From: Schmidtea polychroa
Lineage: Eukaryota
DNA length: 64,000 nucleotides
NCBI GenBank assembly: GCA_044892525.1
Contig: CM097887.1
Span: forward strand, 74,028,001-74,092,000
Direction: 5' to 3'
The notes beneath the pieces are model-generated. The model was not told the DNA's origin and did no database searches. It saw nothing but the letters and a program-made list of their open reading frames with translations. Below are positions 12,472-21,927 of the stretch, in pieces (the stretch's first letter is position 1; the number at the start of each line of letters is the position of its first letter). The translations under genes and the position numbers were made by a program.

Positions 12472-13527
12472 TCATAATTGCGACATCAGTACTCCATCGT
12501 AAGCCCTTATGGCTTGTCTAAAATATAGCTTGGTCCAAATACCCATAGCTATCAGTGTAGTTACTAGCGATAGTACGGCCGATACCGTAATCCATACCCC
12601 TATGGGTATTTTCAGAATATATCCAACATTAAAGTTCGTGATGGCATTACAGTCACAACAGTTTGTCAGATTTGGGGGCGTTTGGCAAGATATTTGTTGG
12701 ATAGGTGGCAACTGTCTAAGATGTTGCCACATTGCGGGATGTATCACCATGTTCTCCTTGACGACTTTTGGTGGTGTTTTCGTTATAACAGGTTGTCTCA
12801 GAGGTAATATCTCCTCAAATACCTCGAACCACCTATCGTCCTCCCGTTTCCTCGGACTATAGTATATAACTAGAACCGAATATTCTACGGACTGATTTAG
12901 ATACATTTCTTGGGAGGGGGAGTTCTGATCTAACCATAATGTTCCTCTCGTGGTAGATCCGTCTAGAATGCTGATTTTCACCTTCTCCTCCCTGTTAATT
13001 TGCTGGCTAAACTTTACTTTCTCCTTCTCGTAGGATATCGATATGCGATTTGTGAAATCTGCCGTCCGTAGGATCCAATTAGATACGTGATAGGTATACC
13101 ACCCACTCTGATATAACTTTGATGCTGCAATATGCAGTTTATAATCCGTCTCGGCTTTTAAATCATATAAATCCCACTCTTTTTCTTCTGAATCGAGTTG
13201 GCGGACCCGCAAGTACTTGTTGTAGAAATGTAAACTGAATTTTGTGGCATTATCGCACGTTGTCAGAATGCTAATTCCGTTATACGTTCTTATAAAGTGT
13301 AAATGTTTCACTTGCATCGCCATAGGCTGAAAGTATGCCTTTCTATCCCTTTTTGCCATTGCCAAAGTCATCATACAGCTTATTATTAACAAAAAGGTTA
13401 CCGATTTTGGAACACCCCTTGATCTCAATGGGTATCGGTGTTCTTGTGGTTTTTCGGTAGTGTTTGGTTTCACTTGTTTTTCTGGTGCTTTTACTTTTGG
13501 ATTTCCAGAGGCTCCCTTTGTTGAGAT
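12472..13527 (-). CDS. Type I membrane protein (signal-like segment 13404-13354, FN3-like ectodomain motif, TM 12603-12535), in frame with integrase behind a TAA
   Basis: RYPLRSR then SVTFLLIISCMMTLAMA|KRDRK; LYDLKAETDYKLHIAAS; Cys cluster CQTPPNLTNCCDC; TM IGVWITVSAVLSLVTTLIAMGIW. The frame is open from the integrase stop onward. Confidence 0.75.
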   Translation of the reverse strand: MSTKGASGNPKVKAPEKQVKPNTTEKPQEHRYPLRSRGVPKSVTFLLIISCMMTLAMAKRDRKAYFQPMAMQVKHLHFIRTYNGISILTTCDNATKFSLHFYNKYLRVRQLDSEEKEWDLYDLKAETDYKLHIAASKLYQSGWYTYHVSNWILRTADFTNRISISYEKEKVKFSQQINREEKVKISILDGSTTRGTLWLDQNSPSQEMYLNQSVEYSVLVIYYSPRKREDDRWFEVFEEILPLRQPVITKTPPKVVKENMVIHPAMWQHLRQLPPIQQISCQTPPNLTNCCDCNAITNFNVGYILKIPIGVWITVSAVLSLVTTLIAMGIWTKLYFRQAIRAYDGVLMSQL

Positions 13528-14600
13528 TTAGCACTTTTTACACCGATTAGCATGCACCATTATTGGTTCTGCTTTTCTGTTGGCCACCAGTTGTAATATG
13601 AGATTTGTATCCGTGGTTCTCAATACCTCATATGGCCCTTTGAAATTTCGCATGAGTTTTGGTGATAAGCCTTTCTTGTTATAATGACTTTCCAACATCA
13701 CCTGGTCTCCAACCAATATACCATGATCCTTGGCTTTTCGGTCATGATAATCTTTGGATGCCTCCTGATTATATTTTATACTGAGGCCTGCTCTAGCCCA
13801 TGCTTCCTGCATTCTTTCCCGCATTTCCATTAGATAATCTTGCTGATCCAAGTACTGTGTTGCTTTAGGAAAAAACAACAGATCTACTGGCATTTTACTT
13901 TGTCTCAAATACATTAGGTAAAATGGTGTTTCACCTGTTCCTTCGTGTACTGCATTTCTATATGCAAATAAACAGGATGGAATGTGGATATCCCAATCCG
14001 TTTGCCCTGAATTTACATATGATGCTAACATATTAGCTAATGTTCCATTAAATCGCTCTACTAGCCCATCCGTCTGTGGGTGATATGGGGAAGTGTTCAA
14101 CTTTAAAACTCCGAAATAATCATTTATTCCTTTGAGCAAATTACTCATGAAATCAGCTCCCCGATCCGTTAATAGCTTCGTAGGTACTCCATACCTAAAG
14201 ACAATTTGTTCAACGAAAATTCTAGCTATCGTATCAGCTTTGTGATTAGGTATCGGGTAGGCTTCTGGCCACTTAGTCAAGTAGTCACAGAACACTAAGA
14301 TGTACTTGTTTCCGCTATTGGATTCTTTAAATGGCCCCAACACGTCCATTGCCGTCATTTCCATAGGTGTAGATGGTACTGGCATCGGCTTCATTGGCAC
14401 GTGTGGTTTCTTTCCGGTATTTCTTCTGGTGATACAGATCTTACATGTCTGACATCAGGTTTTAACTTCTTGTTTCATGCCGGGCCAAAAATATTTTTGT
14501 TTTAACCTTGACAATGTTTTTCTGGATGACAGGTGGCCTCCTAAGGCTCCATCGTGATACTGCAACATGAGTGCTTCACGGTATTTCTTAGGGACCATTA
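13528..14600 (-). CDS. Integrase (HHCC zinc finger, DDE core, GPY/F), split by an in-frame TGA at 14455-14457
   Basis: YHDGALGGHLS...EVKT*CQTCKIC; TAMDVLGP, LTDRGADF, DGLVERFNGTL; FKGPYEVL. 14454-14401 is an open 18-codon in-frame link. Confidence 0.95.
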
Positions 14601-17600
14601 CAACATTGTCTCTTACATCTGAATATTTGACTAATCCTTCCTCCAGCACAAACTTGTCCTTATTCTTTTCCCAGTATTTCGTGAATTCTGTGGGCACGTA
14701 TTTCGCTTCTAAGGCTTGTCGAATGACATTGATTTCTTCGTCAGCTTTTTGTGCCTCCATTAAATCAGCTAGCCGGTTGGCTTCTCGAGTCAGTGTGAAG
14801 ATAGTCCCTTCGAGACGTCCTTCCTTCACATCTTCTGCCTCCTCCTCCTGGTCCATTCTTGATAAAGCATCTGCATTTCCATTGTGATCTCCTTTTCTAT
14901 AATGGATTTCTATGTCATATGGCTGTAGAATTAATGCCCATCTGACCAGTTTTGATGTATCCATTGTGTGTTTCGTCAACCACTGTAATGGTCTATGATC
15001 GGTATACACTATGATCTTTCGACCCCATAGATAAGTCCTAAACTGGGTTATTGCATACACAATTGCTAAAGCCTCTAGTTCTATCACTGCGTAGTTTCTT
15101 TCATGCGGTTTTAATCCTCTGCTAGCGTATGCAATTGCATACTCATCTCCTAGGTCATCTCTCTGACCTAGCACAGCACCTATGCCCCGAGTGCTGGCAT
15201 CTGTCATAACCAAAAATTGTCTCTCAAAGTCTGGAAATCGCAATATAGGTGGCTTGATGAGTTTTTCCTTGAGCATATCAAATGCTTCTTGCTGTTCTGT
15301 TCCCCACACAAATTTGACATTTTTGCCTTCTAACTGCGTGAGTGGAAAAGCTATAACCGAAAAGTTTCTAATGAATTTTCTGTAGTATCCAACTAGACCT
15401 AAAAACCCTTTGATATGTTTAACGGTTTTAGGCTCCGGGAAATTCTTTACCTTTTCGACATTAGCTGGGTCGGGTTTAACCCCGTCTCGTGATATGATAT
15501 GGCCAACATATACCACTTCTGGTTCGGCCCATTTACATTTGGTCGGTTTCACTTTCATGTTGGCGTTAATCAACCTCTTGAACACATCTTCCAAATGTTC
15601 CAAGTGTTTTTCCAAATTTGGCGAGAATACTATAACGTCGTCAATGTATACCATCGCATGATGTACATCCATGAGCATCAAATTCATTGCTCTTTGAAAT
15701 GTGGCTGGAGCTCCGGTGAGTCCAAATGGCATTACGTTATATTCGTAATGACCCATACTCGTAGAAAACGCTGTTATTGGTATAGTCTCATCTTTTAGCT
15801 TAATTTGATAAAATCCCTTTTGGGCGTCCATTACTGAGAAGAACCTAGCGTTTCTCATGCGTCCATAGATATAATCTAACAATGGCAATGGATGGCTATC
15901 TTTGCATGTTGCTTCGTTAACCATGCGATAGTCGTTACATAATCGTACTGATCCATCCTTCTTGGCCACCACTATCATTGGTGATTGATATGGTGATTTA
16001 CTATGCCTGATTATGCCATGTTTTAACATCAGTTTCACCTGTTTATCTACTGATTCCTCCAGACTGAATGGAATACGGTATGGTCTCAACTTTATAGGTT
16101 TTGTATTGGTGAGAACAATCTCATGTTCTAACAAATTTGTCTTTCCCAGATCATATTCATGTTTCGCGAATACCTGGTCATATTTCCTCAATAACATATT
16201 TACTTGAATATTTTCTTTTCTAGTTAGCACTTTGCTGTTTACTGTAGGTGCATCGTAGTACTCAATGTCTGGATCTCTTTCTTCTGCCTTTACGGTGAGT
16301 ATTGACCCTTCTCCCGTAGCTTGTGGTTCGTTTTGTTTCCAGATTCTGCCCACTCTGGTATCTGGATATAAGTAAAGTGGTTTAATGTCCAGATTGGCTA
16401 CCCTGATTGGTATTCTGCCATTGACTATTAAACCTACGCTATGCGTTACTGGTATATTGTATTTCTCCGAGAATTTTTCGTTTGGTTCGAATACAACTTC
16501 ACCTTCCCAATTATTGCTTGTAGCTACAAAGCAAACTGTTTCCGCTCTGGGTGGTATGATAGTTGTATGATCTATATAAGCTGTATCATCATTGTAAATT
16601 TTTCTCTTTTTACCTCTCGCTCGGATTAACAATCCAGATGCACAGTCGAATACTACTCCTCGTAGTCTTTTTAGGATGTCCATACCCAATAGGCATTCGG
16701 CTGGGAGACTTCTCATCACTATGATGTCGTGATGGAGTTCCTGGTCGCATAGCTTAATCTGGCAGGATAATGATCCTATTACGTTTAATGAGGATCCGTT
16801 CGCTCCTGTTAATTTTACTCCTGCCGGTTTTAGCGACTGCAGTTCATGATGGTTTAACAATTTAGCTTCAATTATGGTACCGTCTGCTCCTGAGTCTATC
16901 ACCGCATTAACTGTATGTCGGTTCACTCTTATTTTTATCATTGGTTTTTTTTCCAAGTTCACTGGGTTATTGACCATCAAGATAGTATCGTGCGAGATAC
17001 CGATTGTATTGGCTCTCGTTTGTTCTGCTTCCAGTAATTCAGGATCACTCAGTTGGGGATTATACTCTTTGAATTTAGCTTTAATTGACTCTAACACTTC
17101 CTTTGGATAGTGCACTTTAAGTAATTCTGGCAATGTTGAGCATGTCAAATTATTAAATATGGTATCTTCACCGATTTTCCATTGGTGTCGTCCTGTTCTG
17201 AGTGTTGTTTCCCTCGAGTGTTCCCGCCCTTCGTTTGGTGCGGATGGTAAACTCCTCAAAGTTGGCAATTGTACGTATCTTGGACTTCTCTTGAATCTGG
17301 GTGACCTTATGTCGAATTTTTGGTCGGAACTGTCATATTCTCCTTCTGAGGACTGTTTTCTCACATAGATTTCCTTTGATTGGTCATATGGAGGAAGATA
17401 TTCCTTGAATCTCGATTTTCTTTGTTGCTGATTCGGTTTTTTGTTGTAGTTCTGTTTTCGTGATTGATTTGATCTTGAAGATGTCTCACGAGAGCCTCCA
17501 TTACCTCCTCCCTTTGAATTGTTATCGTCCCGATAACTCGAATACTCCTCCATTTCTGTTCCAATTACTTCATGTTTGACCAAATGTTTCTGTCTAATTT

Positions 17601-20600
17601 CTTTAATTTCCTTTCTGTGATGTTTGAATAATGCAAACTCTGCACACATAGGACATAGTCCTAATAGCAATTTCCATGACCATCCCCCAATTTTGAATAT
17701 GCTATATGTTGACATCAGTTGTGTAATTATCAGCTTTAAAATTACAAATATTGCGTAAATTCCTGAACAACCAGCAACGAAAATACCAAAATTGGTAAAT
17801 CGTCCCCATATTTTCATCATTACGTTCTTTGCTGCTTCTTTATAGTGTTCCGGTCCAAATAATAGATTGTAGTCTGGTCGTATCAAATTATCATGATAAA
17901 TTGTTCTTATAATTTCCGTGATACCTCTGTCTCTAATTTGTGGGAATAGCAATGTCCTTCTTGCTTCCTCGATATCGTCGGGAGTGTAAATCCCTCCTTT
18001 TGCTAAATCGTCTAATGACTTAAATTCCAGATTATCCTTTAATTTAGTTACCTCCAGGGTCTCTACCCGTTGTGTAGATGGTTTTCTTTCCGGCAGAGAT
18101 ATCCACATGTCATTTATTTTATATAATGGTGATATTGCCGGGTTGCATATAGCTGGTTGAGGTTTAGCGTTTTCCTCAAGTAACTTTCTGGTTACTGGCA
18201 TAACAAATCTCAATTTTCCTTGGTAAGACACTGGCAGTTCTAGAGTGCATTGATTAAATCTGGCTAATTGTACTTCCACTGGTTTACACTCATAGCTATA
18301 TATAGCTTCTCCCATGATTCTGCCAAACATTCCATCTTCCAATAACATTGGAGTAACCAACTCTGGGTTAACGATAGATATTGCTAGTCTATTTCGGACT
18401 ATTTCACGGTTTAGCTTGCAATCGTTTAGTATCACCTCTTGATACATATCTTGCATTTGTCCTTGCAAATCATGATATAAATAATCTACCTTATTATTTA
18501 TATAATTCGTGATTTTGATATCCTTTACATGTAGGACCTTGGAATTCCGGATATATTCTCTGGACAGGAAAATTCCTTTGTAGTTCGTCTCGTATACTCT
18601 TTTCCCACATTTAGTCCTTTTATCTTTTCGGACAAATCGAATTGCTTCCGTCTTGTCTTCCGATATCAATACTAGAGGTGTGTTTTCCTCTCCGATATCT
18701 TCCTTCTCTTGTTTGTTGATTTTCTTCAACGTTTTTGCTTTATCCCAAACCTTTTCTGGATTCTGGGAGTCCCGATATTTAGTTCCATTTAATTTTCTAA
18801 AAGGAATTTTCTTGAGGAAAGCCAACTCACAATGATCTCTCATTTGTTCGTAAATTAACGTAGTGGTTCCCGTTTTACAACTACCGAACTTGGCATTGCA
18901 TTGCGGATGTGCCATCAATTTTCCTGTGGCCACATCGAATGTTCCCTCGTATTCTCGTAGCTCCACTGAGTAATCTTCTATGTCTACCACATAGGAAACT
19001 AAATTGCTACCGCGAATTTTCTTTCTACCTTCGCATGTTCCGTCTGAAGCGATTGTTCCTCCTCGGGTGATTGTTATTCCCAAGGTTTTCCCAATTTCTG
19101 CTGAAATTGATACCTCGTTGTCTATCCTCACACTTCCTTTTCGAAATGCATCTAAGCAATCTTCGGGCATTATGTTTACCGGCCTTGGTATTAATGTTGC
19201 GGTTAGAAAAGCAGAATAGCTATTACTACCGCAATAATATTCGAACGTAGCTCTCTGAACTCTACATTCCTTTATCGTGGTTCTATAAAATTCACTCTCT
19301 TGGTAGACATAATATTCTACCTTTTCCCCTTGATGAACCTTCTCGGGGTACGCCTCTTTGCACTCAATTGCATCTACTAGCGAATATACCCGAGATAGTT
19401 TAGGGTTTCCACAGTCAAATACTGTTAATGAATTTGTTTGTTTTAATATGCCCATCATCACTAGGAACATCAGGATCATGCTTGTCATGTTTCCTGTGCC
19501 TGGACTACCATTATTTATGGCTTCTTCTACGACTTCAAATCGTGGTTTTGGAATCGTTTCTTTTTCCCAAAATTTGTTTACGGTCATCCATACCTCCAGG
19601 TAATAATCTACCATTTCGACTATTTGATCGATTTCTCGTTCTATAAGCCTTTTATCATCCCCTATCCGGGCCAAGGCATTTTGAATTAACAATGATAAAG
19701 ATGTTACCACTTTCCCTCTTGTTAACCCTTGCTGCACGAATGCTTCTATGACATCCTGGGTATCTCTTGTTGTTACATCTTTGGATACTCTGTCCATTGT
19801 CTTCTTGACCTCTTTTGTTATTTTCTTTACTTCGATCCCCTTGATTTTTGGAATTCTCCATTCGGGCCTGATAATCCCGATCATTTGTTGTATACGTTGC
19901 CACAATAACGACCTTTCTGCTGTTGTCTCATCTCCCGCCTGGTCGTCCATTTCTTGAGCTATCCCTGCTAATGTTTTTAACTGAATTTTCCGAATCGTTT
20001 CCGGATTTAACTGCTCCTTGGGTGGAGGTTTCATCTGATCCTTTCTAGGACGTCCTCGTGCATCTTTTTTCACTTTCTCCGGAGGTTTTTCATTCTCCAG
20101 ATTTGTTACTGCTTGTGACGTAGTAGCTCCTACGTTTGTTTCTCCTGGGTTTAATCTGATGTATTCTGAGAAGTAATCTTCCTCGTCAATGTCCACCATT
20201 TGACAGGGATTAATTTCCTCTAGTCTTATTTCCTCAATTTCTTCCGCAATTTGGTTTGCTATATCTGGCAGTCTCATTAATGACCACTGGGACTCTGGTG
20301 GAGTTACTGGGATGATCATTACCGTGGTTGTTGCCAGCGGTAGACAACCCACATCCACTAAATATTCATCGTCATCCACTTGCCTGCCATGGACCATTAT
20401 CAGGAATATACCTGTAGTCTGATCGGTGGCAATTACATCTCTCCTCAATATTTTAACCTTGATATAGCAATTATAAATCATTGTTAATGGTTCTTTTCCC
20501 ATCATTCGCACGTCTAGATTAATGTTGCCTTGTCTATCAGGCTGACTTCGGATAGCTTTCCCATTTTTCCTCATCAGCGCTTCAATTTGCGTCTGGAATG

Positions 20601-21882
20601 GGCTTGTTTCCTTTACCACTGGTAGTATAAGTGGAATTATTGCTTCCAACAAATCTACTGGTATACGCAATACTAACATCCAGTCAAGTATTTCCTTTAT
20701 AGTTTCTCCATCTCGTGGAGATTTCTGCAATTCCAACCCTAGTCGCTGGGTTAATTGTTGGGTTTCTTCCAATCTCTCTATTTCCATTTGAGTAATCAAG
20801 AATACGCTATCTTGATCCATTACTGCTACTGGCTTCTGTGCTCTCTTTGCTATGAGCTTTGTCACTCTACCTGGGAGTATCCCGTTCTGTAGAAGTGTTT
20901 GATTTGCTTCTAATTTTACTCCACATAAGTATAAGTCATATCCTTGATGCTTAATACTTGTCAATGTTTCCTTTAATTTATCGGCTCGACTTCTTACATT
21001 TATATCGAGATTATACTCTTTATCCTGTGGGAGTTTTATATTGAGCTGGGCATCTTGGAGATCCCACTCATGTTCCAAGAGTTTTCCTAATTTCCTTAGG
21101 ATTTTGTACGTGTCGTTATGATACTTTGGATCATCTTCGACCTGCGATATCAGTTTTACTACTGTATCGATTTCGTGAATTTTAATTTCTGTTTCTCCCA
21201 ATTTTCCCAATTGTCTGGCCAGCTTCTGCTGGTACTCATATCTGGAATCCACCAGTTTTAAACATTTTGTTAGGGTATCTGACCCTTCTTTTACCTTTGC
21301 TTTCCCTGTCAAGGTTCTATCGAACTCGCTTAGTATGGTGGCCATACTAGGTTCATCATCGGAACTCTCCTCTGATTCCGTTTCCTGAAGGTCCTCTCTA
21401 ACGGAGTCCTTTTTTCTGAGATACTCATCTCTTCCAACTTCTACCATGAAGATGGTGCCTTCTTGGTCGGTCAATCTAGCCAACCTATTCTTTTCTTCCT
21501 GGATTTCCATTTCCAGTTGTTGCAGATACGTTAACCCTTGATCCTGGTTAACCATGAAAGTTGTCTTAGACTTGTTCACATTACCCTTATCGGTATTTTT
21601 TTTGAACTGACTCGTGTTTCCACTCTGGTTCTGAGGACATGACCTCATCATATGTCCGAATTTCCCACATCCGTGACATTTTATCTTTCCTGATGAATTT
21701 ACATCATCTCTTTTGATTGTACTAAAATTATTGCTGTTCTGAGGACTTCTAGTCTTGCAGACCGCAGCAACATGTCCCTTTCGCTTACATTTTTCGCATT
21801 GCAAATTCTGCACTCTACAATTTTCCGCACTGTGGTTATTCCGTCCACATTTGGTACATTGTATACTTTTACGATTGTCCAT
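14455..21882 (-). CDS. Gag(NC)-X-Env-Pol polyprotein: 3 intact CCHC knuckles, UBL, unknown region, glycoprotein, aspartic protease (VIDSGA, about 16900), dUTPase-like linker, RT (VYIDD, about 15640), RNase H (TDAS, about 15200), start of integrase
   Basis: 2475-aa ORF with canonical Gypsy motifs PYRIP, LCNDYR, MPFGL..APATFQRAM, YIDD, GFLGLVGYYRKFI, TDASTRGIGAVL, TDHRPL, NADALSR. Confidence 0.95.
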   Translation of the reverse strand: MDNRKSIQCTKCGRNNHSAENCRVQNLQCEKCKRKGHVAAVCKTRSPQNSNNFSTIKRDDVNSSGKIKCHGCGKFGHMMRSCPQNQSGNTSQFKKNTDKGNVNKSKTTFMVNQDQGLTYLQQLEMEIQEEKNRLARLTDQEGTIFMVEVGRDEYLRKKDSVREDLQETESEESSDDEPSMATILSEFDRTLTGKAKVKEGSDTLTKCLKLVDSRYEYQQKLARQLGKLGETEIKIHEIDTVVKLISQVEDDPKYHNDTYKILRKLGKLLEHEWDLQDAQLNIKLPQDKEYNLDINVRSRADKLKETLTSIKHQGYDLYLCGVKLEANQTLLQNGILPGRVTKLIAKRAQKPVAVMDQDSVFLITQMEIERLEETQQLTQRLGLELQKSPRDGETIKEILDWMLVLRIPVDLLEAIIPLILPVVKETSPFQTQIEALMRKNGKAIRSQPDRQGNINLDVRMMGKEPLTMIYNCYIKVKILRRDVIATDQTTGIFLIMVHGRQVDDDEYLVDVGCLPLATTTVMIIPVTPPESQWSLMRLPDIANQIAEEIEEIRLEEINPCQMVDIDEEDYFSEYIRLNPGETNVGATTSQAVTNLENEKPPEKVKKDARGRPRKDQMKPPPKEQLNPETIRKIQLKTLAGIAQEMDDQAGDETTAERSLLWQRIQQMIGIIRPEWRIPKIKGIEVKKITKEVKKTMDRVSKDVTTRDTQDVIEAFVQQGLTRGKVVTSLSLLIQNALARIGDDKRLIEREIDQIVEMVDYYLEVWMTVNKFWEKETIPKPRFEVVEEAINNGSPGTGNMTSMILMFLVMMGILKQTNSLTVFDCGNPKLSRVYSLVDAIECKEAYPEKVHQGEKVEYYVYQESEFYRTTIKECRVQRATFEYYCGSNSYSAFLTATLIPRPVNIMPEDCLDAFRKGSVRIDNEVSISAEIGKTLGITITRGGTIASDGTCEGRKKIRGSNLVSYVVDIEDYSVELREYEGTFDVATGKLMAHPQCNAKFGSCKTGTTTLIYEQMRDHCELAFLKKIPFRKLNGTKYRDSQNPEKVWDKAKTLKKINKQEKEDIGEENTPLVLISEDKTEAIRFVRKDKRTKCGKRVYETNYKGIFLSREYIRNSKVLHVKDIKITNYINNKVDYLYHDLQGQMQDMYQEVILNDCKLNREIVRNRLAISIVNPELVTPMLLEDGMFGRIMGEAIYSYECKPVEVQLARFNQCTLELPVSYQGKLRFVMPVTRKLLEENAKPQPAICNPAISPLYKINDMWISLPERKPSTQRVETLEVTKLKDNLEFKSLDDLAKGGIYTPDDIEEARRTLLFPQIRDRGITEIIRTIYHDNLIRPDYNLLFGPEHYKEAAKNVMMKIWGRFTNFGIFVAGCSGIYAIFVILKLIITQLMSTYSIFKIGGWSWKLLLGLCPMCAEFALFKHHRKEIKEIRQKHLVKHEVIGTEMEEYSSYRDDNNSKGGGNGGSRETSSRSNQSRKQNYNKKPNQQQRKSRFKEYLPPYDQSKEIYVRKQSSEGEYDSSDQKFDIRSPRFKRSPRYVQLPTLRSLPSAPNEGREHSRETTLRTGRHQWKIGEDTIFNNLTCSTLPELLKVHYPKEVLESIKAKFKEYNPQLSDPELLEAEQTRANTIGISHDTILMVNNPVNLEKKPMIKIRVNRHTVNAVIDSGADGTIIEAKLLNHHELQSLKPAGVKLTGANGSSLNVIGSLSCQIKLCDQELHHDIIVMRSLPAECLLGMDILKRLRGVVFDCASGLLIRARGKKRKIYNDDTAYIDHTTIIPPRAETVCFVATSNNWEGEVVFEPNEKFSEKYNIPVTHSVGLIVNGRIPIRVANLDIKPLYLYPDTRVGRIWKQNEPQATGEGSILTVKAEERDPDIEYYDAPTVNSKVLTRKENIQVNMLLRKYDQVFAKHEYDLGKTNLLEHEIVLTNTKPIKLRPYRIPFSLEESVDKQVKLMLKHGIIRHSKSPYQSPMIVVAKKDGSVRLCNDYRMVNEATCKDSHPLPLLDYIYGRMRNARFFSVMDAQKGFYQIKLKDETIPITAFSTSMGHYEYNVMPFGLTGAPATFQRAMNLMLMDVHHAMVYIDDVIVFSPNLEKHLEHLEDVFKRLINANMKVKPTKCKWAEPEVVYVGHIISRDGVKPDPANVEKVKNFPEPKTVKHIKGFLGLVGYYRKFIRNFSVIAFPLTQLEGKNVKFVWGTEQQEAFDMLKEKLIKPPILRFPDFERQFLVMTDASTRGIGAVLGQRDDLGDEYAIAYASRGLKPHERNYAVIELEALAIVYAITQFRTYLWGRKIIVYTDHRPLQWLTKHTMDTSKLVRWALILQPYDIEIHYRKGDHNGNADALSRMDQEEEAEDVKEGRLEGTIFTLTREANRLADLMEAQKADEEINVIRQALEAKYVPTEFTKYWEKNKDKFVLEEGLVKYSDVRDNVVMVPKKYREALMLQYHDGALGGHLSSRKTLSRLKQKYFWPGMKQEVKT
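17626..19488 (-). CDS. Embedded envelope glycoprotein domain, chuvirus (Jingchuvirales) G / herpes gB-like class III fusogen
   Basis: Internal signal-like MILMFLVMMGILKQTNS|LTVFDC, Cys-rich ectodomain, GEAIYSYECKPVEV...CTLELPV...RFVMPVTRKL...CNPAISPLYKINDMW, GGIYTPDDIE, C-terminal TM FGIFVAGCSGIYAIFVILKLII. The family call is recalled motif similarity, not a search. Confidence 0.8.
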
Positions 21883-21927
21883 AATTTTCCTACTGGTACA
21901 ATCTTTCGCTATATGCCCTTTTCTATG

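Noticed and set aside
16330-16580. dUTPase-like beta region between protease and RT
   Set aside because: This is a common linker in many Gypsy elements, and no catalytic dUTPase motifs are evident.
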